From positions 1-32,575 of the IMG/VR virus record IMGVR_UViG_3300021400_000096: 32,575 nucleotides of DNA; one strand, 5' to 3'. Positions 17,294 through 26,180 of the stretch are shown here, piece after piece. Under the pieces are notes generated by a model. That model was not told the DNA's origin. It did not search any database and saw only the letters and a program-made list of their open reading frames with translations. The DNA comes from a virus. Within the stretch, counting starts at the first letter, position 1. The number at the start of each line of letters is the position of its first letter. Made by a program: the position numbers and the translations under genes.

Positions 17294-18199
17294 TTATCCC
17301 TCCTTAATTTCCTTTAGAATATTTTCATACTTTGAGTAATCTATTTTTCCAACATCCACATTTTGTGGTTGTTCAGGCACTTCCTCATCTGCTCTTATTT
17401 CTTTATAACCTCCACGAACAACTTTCACTTGATTATTACTATCAATTGATACTGTTCCATCAGTTATTGAATAAGGCATCTTATACAATTGACTATCACT
17501 TTGGATTGTTCCATAAACAAAACCATCATCATAGTCCTCCAACCAACCATCTTTAAATAGTTGACTATAAGCACTATTTAACACTTCTCTCTTTTGAGAG
17601 GCTGTCATTTCATTAAAGTTTGGAGTCTTTTCTTGACTTTCTTCATCATAAGAAAAAGAGTCATCTTCAAACTCTTCACTTCTATATTCAACTACTGTTG
17701 GTTGTTCATCTCTCATTTCAATACTTGTTCCAATGTAAGCAGGTATTTTTTTATCATCAATAATTGATACTTCAAATAAATCAATATCTCTTACACTTCT
17801 TTCTCGTATTCCATCTTTGTTGATAACTTCTTCATCCTTATTACAAATAAATCCAAAAGACCATCCTCTTAATTTTTTCTTTTTGGCTTTTTCTATAACA
17901 TCAGGGTCTGTTATCTCAACTGTGGCTCTTAAACCTATGTTATCTTCATAAAGTTTTGCAGTATCATCTTTGGTATTTGCCAATTCTTTATCATAATCAT
18001 GGTCTAAAAGAACTTTAACAGATGGATTTTTCTCAAGTGCCCTCCTAAAAACAGATGGTAATATTTTTTCAATAAATTGTCCTTTTTTATCATATAAGAC
18101 TTTAGAAAATCTATCTACTGCATTAACATAACCATCTATAACTACCATATCATTTCTAACTTGGATTTTCATCATTATCACCTCCTCCATTGTTTCCAT
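17294..18199 (-). CDS. Prohead protease, HK97 family
   Basis: Contains DGYVNAV..., LLDHD and LRGWSFGF motifs. The likely true start is the ATG at 18175, after GGAGGAGGTG. Confidence 0.8.
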   Translation of the reverse strand: METMEEVIMMKIQVRNDMVVIDGYVNAVDRFSKVLYDKKGQFIEKILPSVFRRALEKNPSVKVLLDHDYDKELANTKDDTAKLYEDNIGLRATVEITDPDVIEKAKKKKLRGWSFGFICNKDEEVINKDGIRERSVRDIDLFEVSIIDDKKIPAYIGTSIEMRDEQPTVVEYRSEEFEDDSFSYDEESQEKTPNFNEMTASQKREVLNSAYSQLFKDGWLEDYDDGFVYGTIQSDSQLYKMPYSITDGTVSIDSNNQVKVVRGGYKEIRADEEVPEQPQNVDVGKIDYSKYENILKEIKEG

Positions 18200-19418
18200 T
18201 TTCCATATTCATTACTGAACCGGTGTTAGGTGTATAATATTTTTTTGAATTAATATCATATAAAACATTTGCAAGGTTCATACTTACAACATCTAATCCC
18301 TCAATAGAGTCATAATCTTCTTGATTTCTAATTTCATTTTTAGTCAACCATCCTGTATCAGATGCAATTTTATATGCTTCAAATCTTTCTTTTAGATTGC
18401 CTCTAATTATTTGTTTAGTATCAACTGCAAAATAAAAGAGCCCTTTTTCAGACTCTAATAAAAGATTTTTATTATATGCATGTTCCATTGCACTTATAAT
18501 AGGCATAACTCCAACTTTAATAGTGGTATTATAATCATCAAATATATGAAATACTTCCTTAATATCATCTTTCAAAGTTTTCTTTCTATCATTAATCTGC
18601 AATTCAACAGAAGAGTTTGCTCCCTCTTTAAATTCTATACCATCATTTAAAACAATTACATTTTCTTCATTGTTTCCACCATAGTATCTATTCCATGCTT
18701 CTTTTAATAATTTTATTTCATCTTTACCTAACTTTCGTGTAGCAGTAAGAAATCCTTTTTTTGCTCCACCTTTTTTTACAATTCCTAATTCATATAAAAT
18801 TGTAGTAAAAGCAGTTTCAATTGATTTTGATATTTCCTCTACTGCACTAACACCTTTGACTCCATCTTTAGTATTTCTTAAAATAGTAAGAAAATTGTAA
18901 ACTTCATACTCTTTTCCATTAACTAAATATTTAGCATCTTTAAAAATAGGGTCATAATTAGTTTGAGGTGATACATAATCAGGTTCAATATATCTTAATG
19001 ACCTACAATCATTTTTAACTCTATCAATATAAACATAAGCACCCTTGTTAACTAAATAGTCATATACAATTGCTTTTTTTAATTGAAATGGGTCTAATAA
19101 ATCACCTGTGTCCTGATTTAAAAGATTTAATCTGATATCATCTTCTACTTCTTCTATTTTTGTTTTGCCATCTTCACCTTTTGACTTTTTATATAGTTTT
19201 ACAGGTAATGGAGCAACAAGACTAGATAACATATCTACTGCACTAGATACTGCAGGTACAGATAAAGCATTTTGTTTTGTAATTTCTTCACCTCTTAATA
19301 GAGATTTTAATAACAAATCTTGAGGATTATTTTCTTCTTTTACTTGTTCATCTGTTACTTCAACTTCTTTAGTTTCTTCTCTTGCTTCTCTTTTAATAAA
19401 TAAATCAATAAATGCCAT
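18156..19418 (-). CDS. Portal protein, HK97 family
   Basis: ~420 aa between TerL and the protease. The ATG at 19418 follows GAGGTG, while the ORF-track start is 19436. Confidence 0.85.
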   Translation of the reverse strand: MAFIDLFIKREAREETKEVEVTDEQVKEENNPQDLLLKSLLRGEEITKQNALSVPAVSSAVDMLSSLVAPLPVKLYKKSKGEDGKTKIEEVEDDIRLNLLNQDTGDLLDPFQLKKAIVYDYLVNKGAYVYIDRVKNDCRSLRYIEPDYVSPQTNYDPIFKDAKYLVNGKEYEVYNFLTILRNTKDGVKGVSAVEEISKSIETAFTTILYELGIVKKGGAKKGFLTATRKLGKDEIKLLKEAWNRYYGGNNEENVIVLNDGIEFKEGANSSVELQINDRKKTLKDDIKEVFHIFDDYNTTIKVGVMPIISAMEHAYNKNLLLESEKGLFYFAVDTKQIIRGNLKERFEAYKIASDTGWLTKNEIRNQEDYDSIEGLDVVSMNLANVLYDINSKKYYTPNTGSVMNMENGNNGGGDNDENPS

Positions 19419-19440
19419 TTTTTCACCTCTTTTCATGCAA

Positions 19441-19467
19441 AGAAAAACAGATATTCCTATCTGTTTT
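19441..19467 (-). terminator. Hairpin plus U-run (late element C) between terL and portal
   Basis: 10-bp stem 19444..19453 / 19458..19467. The loop is GGAA on the minus RNA, followed by TTTTTCTTTG. Confidence 0.55.
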
Positions 19468-19484
19468 GATTATCTCATACATAC

Positions 19485-19516
19485 ATTATAGCATAATACA
19501 AATGTGAAAAATGTGA
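19485..19516 (-). promoter_or_regulatory. Late promoter-like motif C: TCACA-N4-TCACA-N12-TATAAT
   Basis: On the minus strand, TCACAttttTCACA lies at 19516..19503 and TGcTATAAT ends at 19485. The spacing is identical to elements A and B. Confidence 0.45.
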
Positions 19517-19519
19517 AAG

Positions 19520-21268
19520 TTAAGCAACTTGAACAAAAAAGTTTCCATTTTCAAGAAATACTTCTTGTTGTAATAGATAAATACTATTAATAAGTGCTAC
19601 AACCATATCTATTTTTCCATTTGATTTCTTTTTATTAACATATCTGTTCATATTAGTATCATATACACATCTAGCATTTTGAAAGTTTATCTCTAATAGT
19701 TTATTTTCTTCATATTCAAACTTTCCATCCATAATCTTCTCATAAAGTAATTTAGTAGGTGGATGCAAAGTATCAGAGTGTTGTCTTATTTGAACTGTAT
19801 TGTATTTTTCATCCCATTTTTGAGCAGATGATAATGCATTATATCTATCATATCCTATTGCCATTACAACTACATCATATTTACTTTCTATTGCAAAGAC
19901 AAAATCCTCTATAACTTTATAATCAACAGTTCTATCACCACATGCAATACATTTCATTGCATTAATAAACTCATAATAATTAACTTTTTCAAATTGATTT
20001 TTTTCTTCAATTCTTCCCTCCGGTATAAATGATATTGCTTCTGCCAATATCTTATCATCATCATTACTTGTCATTGCTACTGCACAGTTATCATTTGACA
20101 TTGATAAGTCAACACCAATATATACCTCTTTACCTGTCCAATCAATTTTTTCAACTTTGCATTTTTGAACTTCTGTTACATCAACAAAACTCTCTGTACC
20201 TGCTCCTTGATAAATAATATTACAATGTTTTGTTAAAAAGTTTTCTCTTTTACTTTCAATCTCAATTGCTTTTCTTCTTTTATCAAGTAAATCTTTATAT
20301 ACTGCTTCTATCTCTAATGCAAGAGGGTTAGATTGCAATATAATATTATCATCTGATGTCCAATTTTTAGTTTCATTTGGTTCATATAATAATGCAAATA
20401 CTTTTTCATCATCAATAATACCATCTAAAACTTTTTTAGCATATCCTGTTTCATCTTCCATAGGATTATCAGTTGTTGGATATTTAGTTGAAATAATAAA
20501 ACCTAATTTATTTATTACTAATAATTGTCCTGACCTCATGGCTTCAATAGGATATGCACTTGGTAATGCTCCAACTTCATCTGCAACAAAAACAGATGGC
20601 TCTTTACCATCCATCCTGTCTTTTGAATAATTTAAAGGTGTATATACTGTATCTGTTGCAGTATGTCTGATGCAATCTCTTAATATTTTAAACTCACCCT
20701 CTTCAAAAATATTAGCATTTGCCTTTATTAATGGTTCTAGGGCTTGTTTTATTTCTTTTGCTAGTGCTCCATCAGGTGCTACAGAGAAAAATCTAGAATA
20801 TTTTGGCTCTAGATAAAATAACAATAGAATAATAAGAGCAACTATAAATGTTTTACCATTTTTTCTACATATCTCTAATATGATTGTTTCGTATCTTCTT
20901 TTTCTTTTGTTATCTCTATAGACAGTACATAGACTCGCAACAATAATTAACCATTGATAACCTGATAATGCATTATATATTTTATGTCCTGTCTTAATAC
21001 CTTTAGCCATAACTAATATCTTACATATCTTATCAATCTTTTTTATTCTATTGGTATCAATGATGTATTTACTTGTTTTATTATCTGCTATATCCAAAAA
21101 TATCTTACATTGTTTTTTTACATACTTTGGAGGTATGAACTTTTTCTCACCATTTAATTCATAAAACAATGGTGGTGGTTTGATTGTTCCATCAACTATC
21201 TTTTTGGCATAAATATAACTTGGATGACTCTCAATAATATTATTCTTCATTGTCATCATCATCTTCAT
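19520..21268 (-). CDS. terL: Terminase large subunit
   Basis: 582 aa with a Walker A-like RKNGKTF and the typical size and position. Several in-frame ATGs at the N-terminus make the start ambiguous. Confidence 0.9.
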   Translation of the reverse strand: MKMMMTMKNNIIESHPSYIYAKKIVDGTIKPPPLFYELNGEKKFIPPKYVKKQCKIFLDIADNKTSKYIIDTNRIKKIDKICKILVMAKGIKTGHKIYNALSGYQWLIIVASLCTVYRDNKRKRRYETIILEICRKNGKTFIVALIILLLFYLEPKYSRFFSVAPDGALAKEIKQALEPLIKANANIFEEGEFKILRDCIRHTATDTVYTPLNYSKDRMDGKEPSVFVADEVGALPSAYPIEAMRSGQLLVINKLGFIISTKYPTTDNPMEDETGYAKKVLDGIIDDEKVFALLYEPNETKNWTSDDNIILQSNPLALEIEAVYKDLLDKRRKAIEIESKRENFLTKHCNIIYQGAGTESFVDVTEVQKCKVEKIDWTGKEVYIGVDLSMSNDNCAVAMTSNDDDKILAEAISFIPEGRIEEKNQFEKVNYYEFINAMKCIACGDRTVDYKVIEDFVFAIESKYDVVVMAIGYDRYNALSSAQKWDEKYNTVQIRQHSDTLHPPTKLLYEKIMDGKFEYEENKLLEINFQNARCVYDTNMNRYVNKKKSNGKIDMVVALINSIYLLQQEVFLENGNFFVQVA

Positions 21269-21740
21269 TTAAAATATCCATTAATGTTTTTTTCTTTTGT
21301 GGTGTTGTATTAATAGATATCTTTGCTCTTGCTTGAGGTGATAATGACAATTCATTACAACATCTAAAAAAGTCTTTAGAATACATATCTCTAACTGATT
21401 TTAAATTAATAATTGTCTTGGCATCTAATTTATCCTTTACTTTACCATCATCATCTGTTACCTTACTTGCTTCATTGATAGCCTTTTCTATACTTTCCAA
21501 TCTCTCAATAGTAATAGCAGTTTGATTTAATAAGTAAGTATCTAAATTACTTAAAATGTCTTTATTAAGATTATTCAGAATATCTTTAAAGATTGCTTTT
21601 TGTCTTTTTGTAAGATATGAAAATGGTTTTATTTTGTTATTATCTCCTCTTAACTTTTTTTCATTTTCTTCTCTATCTTTTCTTTCTTTTTTACTCATCT
21701 TCATTGAGTTAGTATCAATTGCTTTTGCTGGTCTTGCCAT
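21240..21740 (-). CDS. terS: Terminase small subunit (P27 family-like)
   Basis: MARPAKAID... with a basic N-terminus and an acidic tail. The ATG at 21740 lies 7 nt after GGAGGTG. The ORF-track start at 21749 is a GTG. Confidence 0.8.
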   Translation of the reverse strand: MARPAKAIDTNSMKMSKKERKDREENEKKLRGDNNKIKPFSYLTKRQKAIFKDILNNLNKDILSNLDTYLLNQTAITIERLESIEKAINEASKVTDDDGKVKDKLDAKTIINLKSVRDMYSKDFFRCCNELSLSPQARAKISINTTPQKKKTLMDILNEDDDDNEE

Positions 21741-21789
21741 AAAAATCACCTCCTAATCCAACCAACAGTTGATGAAATTTTCATTTTAG

Positions 21790-21890
21790 GCATTTTTCAC
21801 ACTTTTAGGGGGCAGGTAGGTTTTGAAGCAATTAAAAAAAATAAGATTAATGGGTAGGGGGGATGGTTATACCCTCTACCTCTGCCCTTA
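21790..21890. other. Candidate cos/packaging recognition region
   Basis: GC-rich islands AGGGGGCAGGTAGG (21807..21820) and its approximate inverse CCTCTACCTCTGCCCT (21873..21888) lie at the HNH/terS junction of an AT-rich genome. This is inference only. Confidence 0.25.
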
Positions 21891-22278
21891 TTTTCTCTAA
21901 ATCTGCATCAGGATAGGTAAGGCTTTTTAGTATATTTCTTGGTATTACATTTGAGTCAGATAATTTATGATGATAACAACATAAAGTAATTAAGTTATCA
22001 TCATCTAATCTCTTGCTATAATCCTCCTCTAAAGGAACAATATGATGCACTTCTAACTTATTAAAATTAAAAACATGTTGAGTATCAAAAATATTAGCAA
22101 GACAACATCTACATAAATGCTTATCCCTAGCCCTTATTTCTTCACTCTTTTTATGCCATTTATAAGTCTTTCTGAACTTATCTGCATCAGATATACCCCT
22201 TACCTGTCTATTTTTGTAACATACCTTATTAAAATCGTGTATCTTTCCACACCTACTGCAACTCTTTAGCATAAACAT
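21847..22278 (-). CDS. HNH endonuclease (packaging-associated)
   Basis: Contains CSRCGK...C, HHIVPL, N..LCCYHH motifs. It lies immediately upstream of terS, as in HK97-like cos phages. Confidence 0.85.
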   Translation of the reverse strand: MFMLKSCSRCGKIHDFNKVCYKNRQVRGISDADKFRKTYKWHKKSEEIRARDKHLCRCCLANIFDTQHVFNFNKLEVHHIVPLEEDYSKRLDDDNLITLCCYHHKLSDSNVIPRNILKSLTYPDADLEKIRAEVEGITIPPTH

Positions 22279-22293
22279 CTCCCTTTACCTAAA

Positions 22294-22321
22294 ATAAGCA
22301 TAGCACCCTTTCTATGCTTAT
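22294..22321 (-). other. 10-bp perfect hairpin in the HNH leader
   Basis: ATAAGCATAG / CTATGCTTAT with an 8-nt loop, followed on the minus RNA by UUUU and then the AAGGGAG RBS. Confidence 0.35.
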
Positions 22322-22409
22322 ATGAGAGTATGACAGGAGATAATTTATATACACAGAAAGGATGAAAAGGTGCTATATATTTTTAATTCATACCCTCATA
22401 TAAACACAG

Positions 22410-22436
22410 AAAAAAAGACAATATTTCTATTGCCTT
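22410..22436 (-). terminator. Hairpin plus U7 (late element B) upstream of the packaging operon
   Basis: Stem 22415..22423 / 22428..22436 has one mismatch and a GAAA loop on the minus RNA. One base pair is C-G in A and T-A in B, a compensated change. Confidence 0.6.
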
Positions 22437-22453
22437 AATACTATCTACATTAC

Positions 22454-22485
22454 ATTATACTACTATTTTAGTGTGAGTTTTGTGA
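22454..22485 (-). promoter_or_regulatory. Late promoter-like motif B: TCACA-N4-TCACA-N12-TATAAT
   Basis: On the minus strand, TCACAaaacTCACA lies at 22485..22472 and TATAAT at 22459..22454. The 16-mer ATCACAAAACTCACAC is identical to element A. Confidence 0.5.
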
Positions 22486-22488
22486 TTT

Positions 22489-22698
22489 TTACTCTTCTAC
22501 TGCAACAAATATGTATTCTCCTACAAGTAAATCTGTTGGATGGTCGCCTGTATATTTAACTGTAGTTCTATCCACTATTACATCACATACTAACTCTTCA
22601 TCTTTGTTAAATACATTAAATCTTGTATCTACAGGTATTAAATCTGCTTTAATATTGTTTCTTACAGTATTAACAAACTCTTCACATGTATATTTCAT
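22489..22698 (-). CDS. Hypothetical early protein
   Basis: The ATG at 22698 follows GGAGGTG. 69 aa. Confidence 0.6.
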   Translation of the reverse strand: MKYTCEEFVNTVRNNIKADLIPVDTRFNVFNKDEELVCDVIVDRTTVKYTGDHPTDLLVGEYIFVAVEE

Positions 22699-22745
22699 TT
22701 TTTCACCTCCTAACATAATTTTAATTTCTTATATTTCATAATAAA

Positions 22746-22925
22746 TCATCTTCTTTTTAATTTAGAATATATTACTCCTAATATAAAAGTAATAAAAAAT
22801 ATAATTAAGTTTTCTATTATTTCATCATATTGTTTAGTGATTAAAAAGTAAAATATCATAGATAACCATATAGAGCCAAACACGATAAATAATATATTTA
22901 ATGTTTTTTCACTTATTTTCTTCAT
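22746..22925 (-). CDS. Small two-TM membrane protein (59 aa)
   Basis: MKKISEKTLNILFIVFGSIWLSMIFYFLITKQYDEIIENLIIFFITFILGVIYSKLKRR. It overlaps the upstream gene end and is below the ORF-track cut-off. Confidence 0.45.
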   Translation of the reverse strand: MKKISEKTLNILFIVFGSIWLSMIFYFLITKQYDEIIENLIIFFITFILGVIYSKLKRR

Positions 22926-23091
22926 TTTTATCTCCTAATTTTATTTTTTCTCTACATTTTTGACAAATACAAATATTATTATAGCCTCTTAAATAATCAA
23001 ACTTACCACAGACATCACATTTATCTTTAAACTTACTTTGTTTTATCTTTTCAGACTCTTCTTTATCAAACAAAGATAACTGTATTGTCAT
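22909..23091 (-). CDS. Small zinc-ribbon protein
   Basis: CDVCGK...CQKC motifs in 60 aa. Confidence 0.55.
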   Translation of the reverse strand: MTIQLSLFDKEESEKIKQSKFKDKCDVCGKFDYLRGYNNICICQKCREKIKLGDKNEENK

Positions 23092-23118
23092 ATTACATCC
23101 TTTCTAACTAATTTTCTC

Positions 23119-23379
23119 TTAAAATATACTTAATTGTGAACTAGTTATATTTATTCCTAGAAAGTTCCTTAAATCTTCAAGAATACCATCTATAGTTGTT
23201 GAACCCATCCTACCCCATGTATAAGGAACTCTCTGTAAATCACTTACATAGCCTTTATCATCTTTAAATATTTCTAACTGATATTTATTTTTCTTAATTA
23301 CTACACTTTCATAACCTGCATAATCAGATACAGAATATTTAATACCATTATCATTTAGTATTTCTAATAATTCTTGCAT
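23119..23379 (-). CDS. Hypothetical early protein
   Basis: 86 aa with a GGAGGT RBS. Confidence 0.6.
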   Translation of the reverse strand: MQELLEILNDNGIKYSVSDYAGYESVVIKKNKYQLEIFKDDKGYVSDLQRVPYTWGRMGSTTIDGILEDLRNFLGINITSSQLSIF

Positions 23380-23590
23380 TTTACCTCCTAATTCTTACCT
23401 ATATGAATTTTACTAAATGACATAAGTCGGTTAAATTGATATTTTTAAGAAAAATCTCCTTTTTTTCCTAGATTTTATAATCATTTTCCTGTTATCAAGA
23501 AAGTGTTATTTTTTACTCCAATTTACAAACTCTCATTTTGTAAAATTAATAGATTTTAATTTTAGTGATATGTTGAAACATACCACTTTA

Positions 23591-24220
23591 TTAACTTCCT
23601 AAATAAAAGTTTTTCCTTTTATCGTTTTTATCTGAATTATCCCAACAGATATATAATAATGTTACTCTTTCATTTGAGTGATTTAACATTTCTTTTAATC
23701 CTATGATATCTCCTGTCTTTTCATAGTATGACCTAGCAAAATACTTTCTCAATGAGTGGCATCCAACAGGATAGCCTACTTTTACCTCATCAGATAATTG
23801 TTTTATTACTTGCCATGCTCTTTGTCTAGTAATTGGCATATTAATACCTTTTCTACTCTTAAATAAATACTCTCCCTCAATTAAATCATTTCTATTAATA
23901 TAATCTGTAATATCTTTTGCTAATGATGGATGCAATTCAAATGATTGCTCCTTATTTGTTTTAAACTCTCTTGTATATACTGAACCATTTTTAAAATTAT
24001 CAACTTTTAATTGTAAAATATCTTCAATCCTAAAGGCAAGGTTCATACCTATAACTAATATCATGTAATTTCTATCCCATAGGTATTGTTGTTCTTTATC
24101 ACCATCATCCTCTGCTTGATTTCTTCTTTTTTTACAATTAATTATCATATTATCAATATCAGGTTTCTTAAATGGTTGTACTGTTTTTCTTCCGAACTTA
24201 ATTCTAAATGTTCTACTCAT
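23591..24220 (-). CDS. Short tyrosine recombinase (catalytic domain only)
   Basis: The R...HxxR...H...Y set is present: AFRIEDIL, CHSLRKYFA, LNHSN, VTLLYI. At 209 aa it has no room for an N-terminal core- or arm-binding domain. Confidence 0.7.
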   Translation of the reverse strand: MSRTFRIKFGRKTVQPFKKPDIDNMIINCKKRRNQAEDDGDKEQQYLWDRNYMILVIGMNLAFRIEDILQLKVDNFKNGSVYTREFKTNKEQSFELHPSLAKDITDYINRNDLIEGEYLFKSRKGINMPITRQRAWQVIKQLSDEVKVGYPVGCHSLRKYFARSYYEKTGDIIGLKEMLNHSNERVTLLYICWDNSDKNDKRKNFYLGS

Positions 24221-24228
24221 AAAATCAC

Positions 24229-24492
24229 CTAAATACCCTCTCTTTGATATACTCTAACTTCTGCTAAATGTAATTTAGTTACTTCATCATCTAAAGGTAT
24301 GATTTTACCATCTTTTTTTATATAATTTATTGTCTTGACTCTACCATCTACTTTTATTTTCTTATGATATACAATATATTCTTTTTCATCTTTCAATCTT
24401 ATAGTAAAGCAAAGAGTTTCTAAATCTATATTAGTTAAGACATAATCATTTAGGGTTATTTTGGTTAGTTCCTCAATCATTATCATCACCAA
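24229..24492 (-). CDS. Hypothetical early protein
   Basis: 87-aa ORF on the same strand, tightly packed with its neighbours. Confidence 0.55.
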   Translation of the reverse strand: MVMIMIEELTKITLNDYVLTNIDLETLCFTIRLKDEKEYIVYHKKIKVDGRVKTINYIKKDGKIIPLDDEVTKLHLAEVRVYQREGI

Positions 24493-24562
24493 CTTTAATA
24501 CAAGCCATTATTGTAAACCCTACAAAGACTCCAATAATAAATCCTATTATCATGATATACCT

Positions 24563-24811
24563 CTAAAATGGTATATTAGTTCCTAATATTTCAATTATTT
24601 GAATATCAGGATTATTCTTATGTACTAAGTCATCAGTATAAGTCTTTTGATAATATTCTAACTTTGCATCAATACTTTTATTATAGTTCATTATAATTTC
24701 AGGTTGTTCTTGGTTTGGCATCTTTAATTTAATTACCATATCTAACCCTTTATCTCTACAATCTTGAAAAAAGTTTACCATTTGTTGCATTGTTAATTTT
24801 TCTTCTTGCAT
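24563..24811 (-). CDS. Hypothetical early protein
   Basis: 82 aa, with AGGAGGGG 6 nt upstream of the ATG. Confidence 0.6.
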   Translation of the reverse strand: MQEEKLTMQQMVNFFQDCRDKGLDMVIKLKMPNQEQPEIIMNYNKSIDAKLEYYQKTYTDDLVHKNNPDIQIIEILGTNIPF

Positions 24812-25008
24812 TTTATTCCCCTCCTTACCATAGAAAAGCCATCAGTTGAAAATGACAGTATTTCTTGGTCTTGTTCTTCATATTCACCTACAATTACTTG
24901 TTCATCATGAATTAAATCTTTTAAATAAATATAATTATTTTTTAATTCAAATCTTATTTTATTCTTTTTAACCATTGTTCTTATATCTACTATATCTATT
25001 TTTTTCAT
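24793..25008 (-). CDS. Hypothetical early protein
   Basis: 71 aa with an AAGGAG RBS. Confidence 0.6.
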   Translation of the reverse strand: MKKIDIVDIRTMVKKNKIRFELKNNYIYLKDLIHDEQVIVGEYEEQDQEILSFSTDGFSMVRRGIKCKKKN

Positions 25009-25011
25009 ATA

Positions 25012-25362
25012 CTACTCCTTTGGCATTTCATATACATAACTATCTGCTAACTCAATCTTTTCAAGTCTATTATCACCTACAATAAAATCTTCTTTAAAAC
25101 GATTTTTAACTTGTTGCATAGTTTCTTGACTTACCATACAATTAAACTTAATTATACCTTTTGGTGAAAATATTTTTTGGATGTCATTTAATATTTCTAT
25201 TGCTCTTTCTTTTGTTTTATAAATACCCACAACATCACTCATGCTATTATTATTTAAAATAAAGTATTCTTTTTCACCATTTGCAAAAACATGTTCCCTT
25301 ATCTTTAACCTATTAATTTTAAACAAATCTGTTTTATCTTGACTTCTTATCAATAATTCCAT
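25012..25362 (-). CDS. Hypothetical early protein
   Basis: 116 aa with a GGAGGAT RBS. Confidence 0.6.
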   Translation of the reverse strand: MELLIRSQDKTDLFKINRLKIREHVFANGEKEYFILNNNSMSDVVGIYKTKERAIEILNDIQKIFSPKGIIKFNCMVSQETMQQVKNRFKEDFIVGDNRLEKIELADSYVYEMPKE

Positions 25363-25371
25363 GCTATCCTC

Positions 25372-25587
25372 CTATATATCTAATTTCATTTGATTGGGGT
25401 CAACTTCTTCTTTAGGAAAATATTTTAATAATTCAAGTGGTGTATCTGTTGGTATTTCATGTGTTTCCATGTAATCTTTTACCTGTTGAGTTACTTCCTG
25501 CATATTTTTTCTTAATTTAAATAACTTTTTAATTGCTTTTTCAATGTATATTGGTACATTGTAATATTCTACATCCTTATCTTCCAT
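25372..25587 (-). CDS. Hypothetical early protein
   Basis: The ATG at 25587 follows AGAGGTGAG. The ORF-track start at 25602 lacks an SD. Confidence 0.55.
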   Translation of the reverse strand: MEDKDVEYYNVPIYIEKAIKKLFKLRKNMQEVTQQVKDYMETHEIPTDTPLELLKYFPKEEVDPNQMKLDI

Positions 25588-25591
25588 AATC

Positions 25592-25759
25592 TCACCTCTC
25601 ATATCTCATACAATTATGTTCTATATACCAATCAACATCATAGGTAGTAGAACAATCATAATCATTTTTAAAATCTATCATGACATAGATAAATAATGCC
25701 ATGAGTCCTGCTAATGCAGTAAGAATTAATCCTAATAATACTTTTTCTAACTTACTCAT
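25592..25759 (-). CDS. Small single-TM membrane protein
   Basis: MSKLEKVLLGLILTALAGLMALFIYVMIDF... The ATG at 25759 follows GGAGTG. Confidence 0.5.
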   Translation of the reverse strand: MSKLEKVLLGLILTALAGLMALFIYVMIDFKNDYDCSTTYDVDWYIEHNCMRYER

Positions 25760-25904
25760 CTTTATCACTCCAAAACTCATCTTCTTTAACCTTGTCTTTT
25801 TTAATATGTCTTGGCTTATAAATGATAAAATCTAATATTTTATCAAAAATATGTATTACAGATACAATACATGCTAATAAAACTATAAATAATCCGGCAT
25901 CCAT
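25752..25904 (-). CDS. Small single-TM membrane protein (50 aa)
   Basis: MDAGLFIVLLACIVSVIHIF... The start overlaps the upstream stop (TAATG). It is below the ORF-track cut-off. Confidence 0.4.
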   Translation of the reverse strand: MDAGLFIVLLACIVSVIHIFDKILDFIIYKPRHIKKDKVKEDEFWSDKDE

Positions 25905-26179
25905 TATTTTCTCACCTCTTTCTCTTGATATTTTTTTAGTATTTCATCAAACTCTTTATTTGTATCTTTTAAATTGCATAGATAATAGATAGATGCATCT
26001 TTTCTAAATGAAAACACCTCTTTGTATAGATTTTCAGTAAATCTTTTATCTTTTGCATATATAGTAACAACATCTGTTCTTGGTATAACATGCAAATCAA
26101 TGTATCTTAATAAAGCACATTGCCTAAATACTCTTATTAAAGCAGTAGATAAATAATTATTAATAAATCTTTCTATCAT
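25904..26179 (-). CDS. Hypothetical early protein
   Basis: 91-aa ORF on the same strand. Confidence 0.55.
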   Translation of the reverse strand: MIERFINNYLSTALIRVFRQCALLRYIDLHVIPRTDVVTIYAKDKRFTENLYKEVFSFRKDASIYYLCNLKDTNKEFDEILKKYQEKEVRK

Positions 26180-26180
26180 A

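Noticed and set aside
23428-23444. Third copy of the immunity-flanking repeat core
   Set aside because: It matches at only 13 of 17 positions in AT-rich DNA, which could be chance. It is mentioned under the recombinase finding but not called as a feature.
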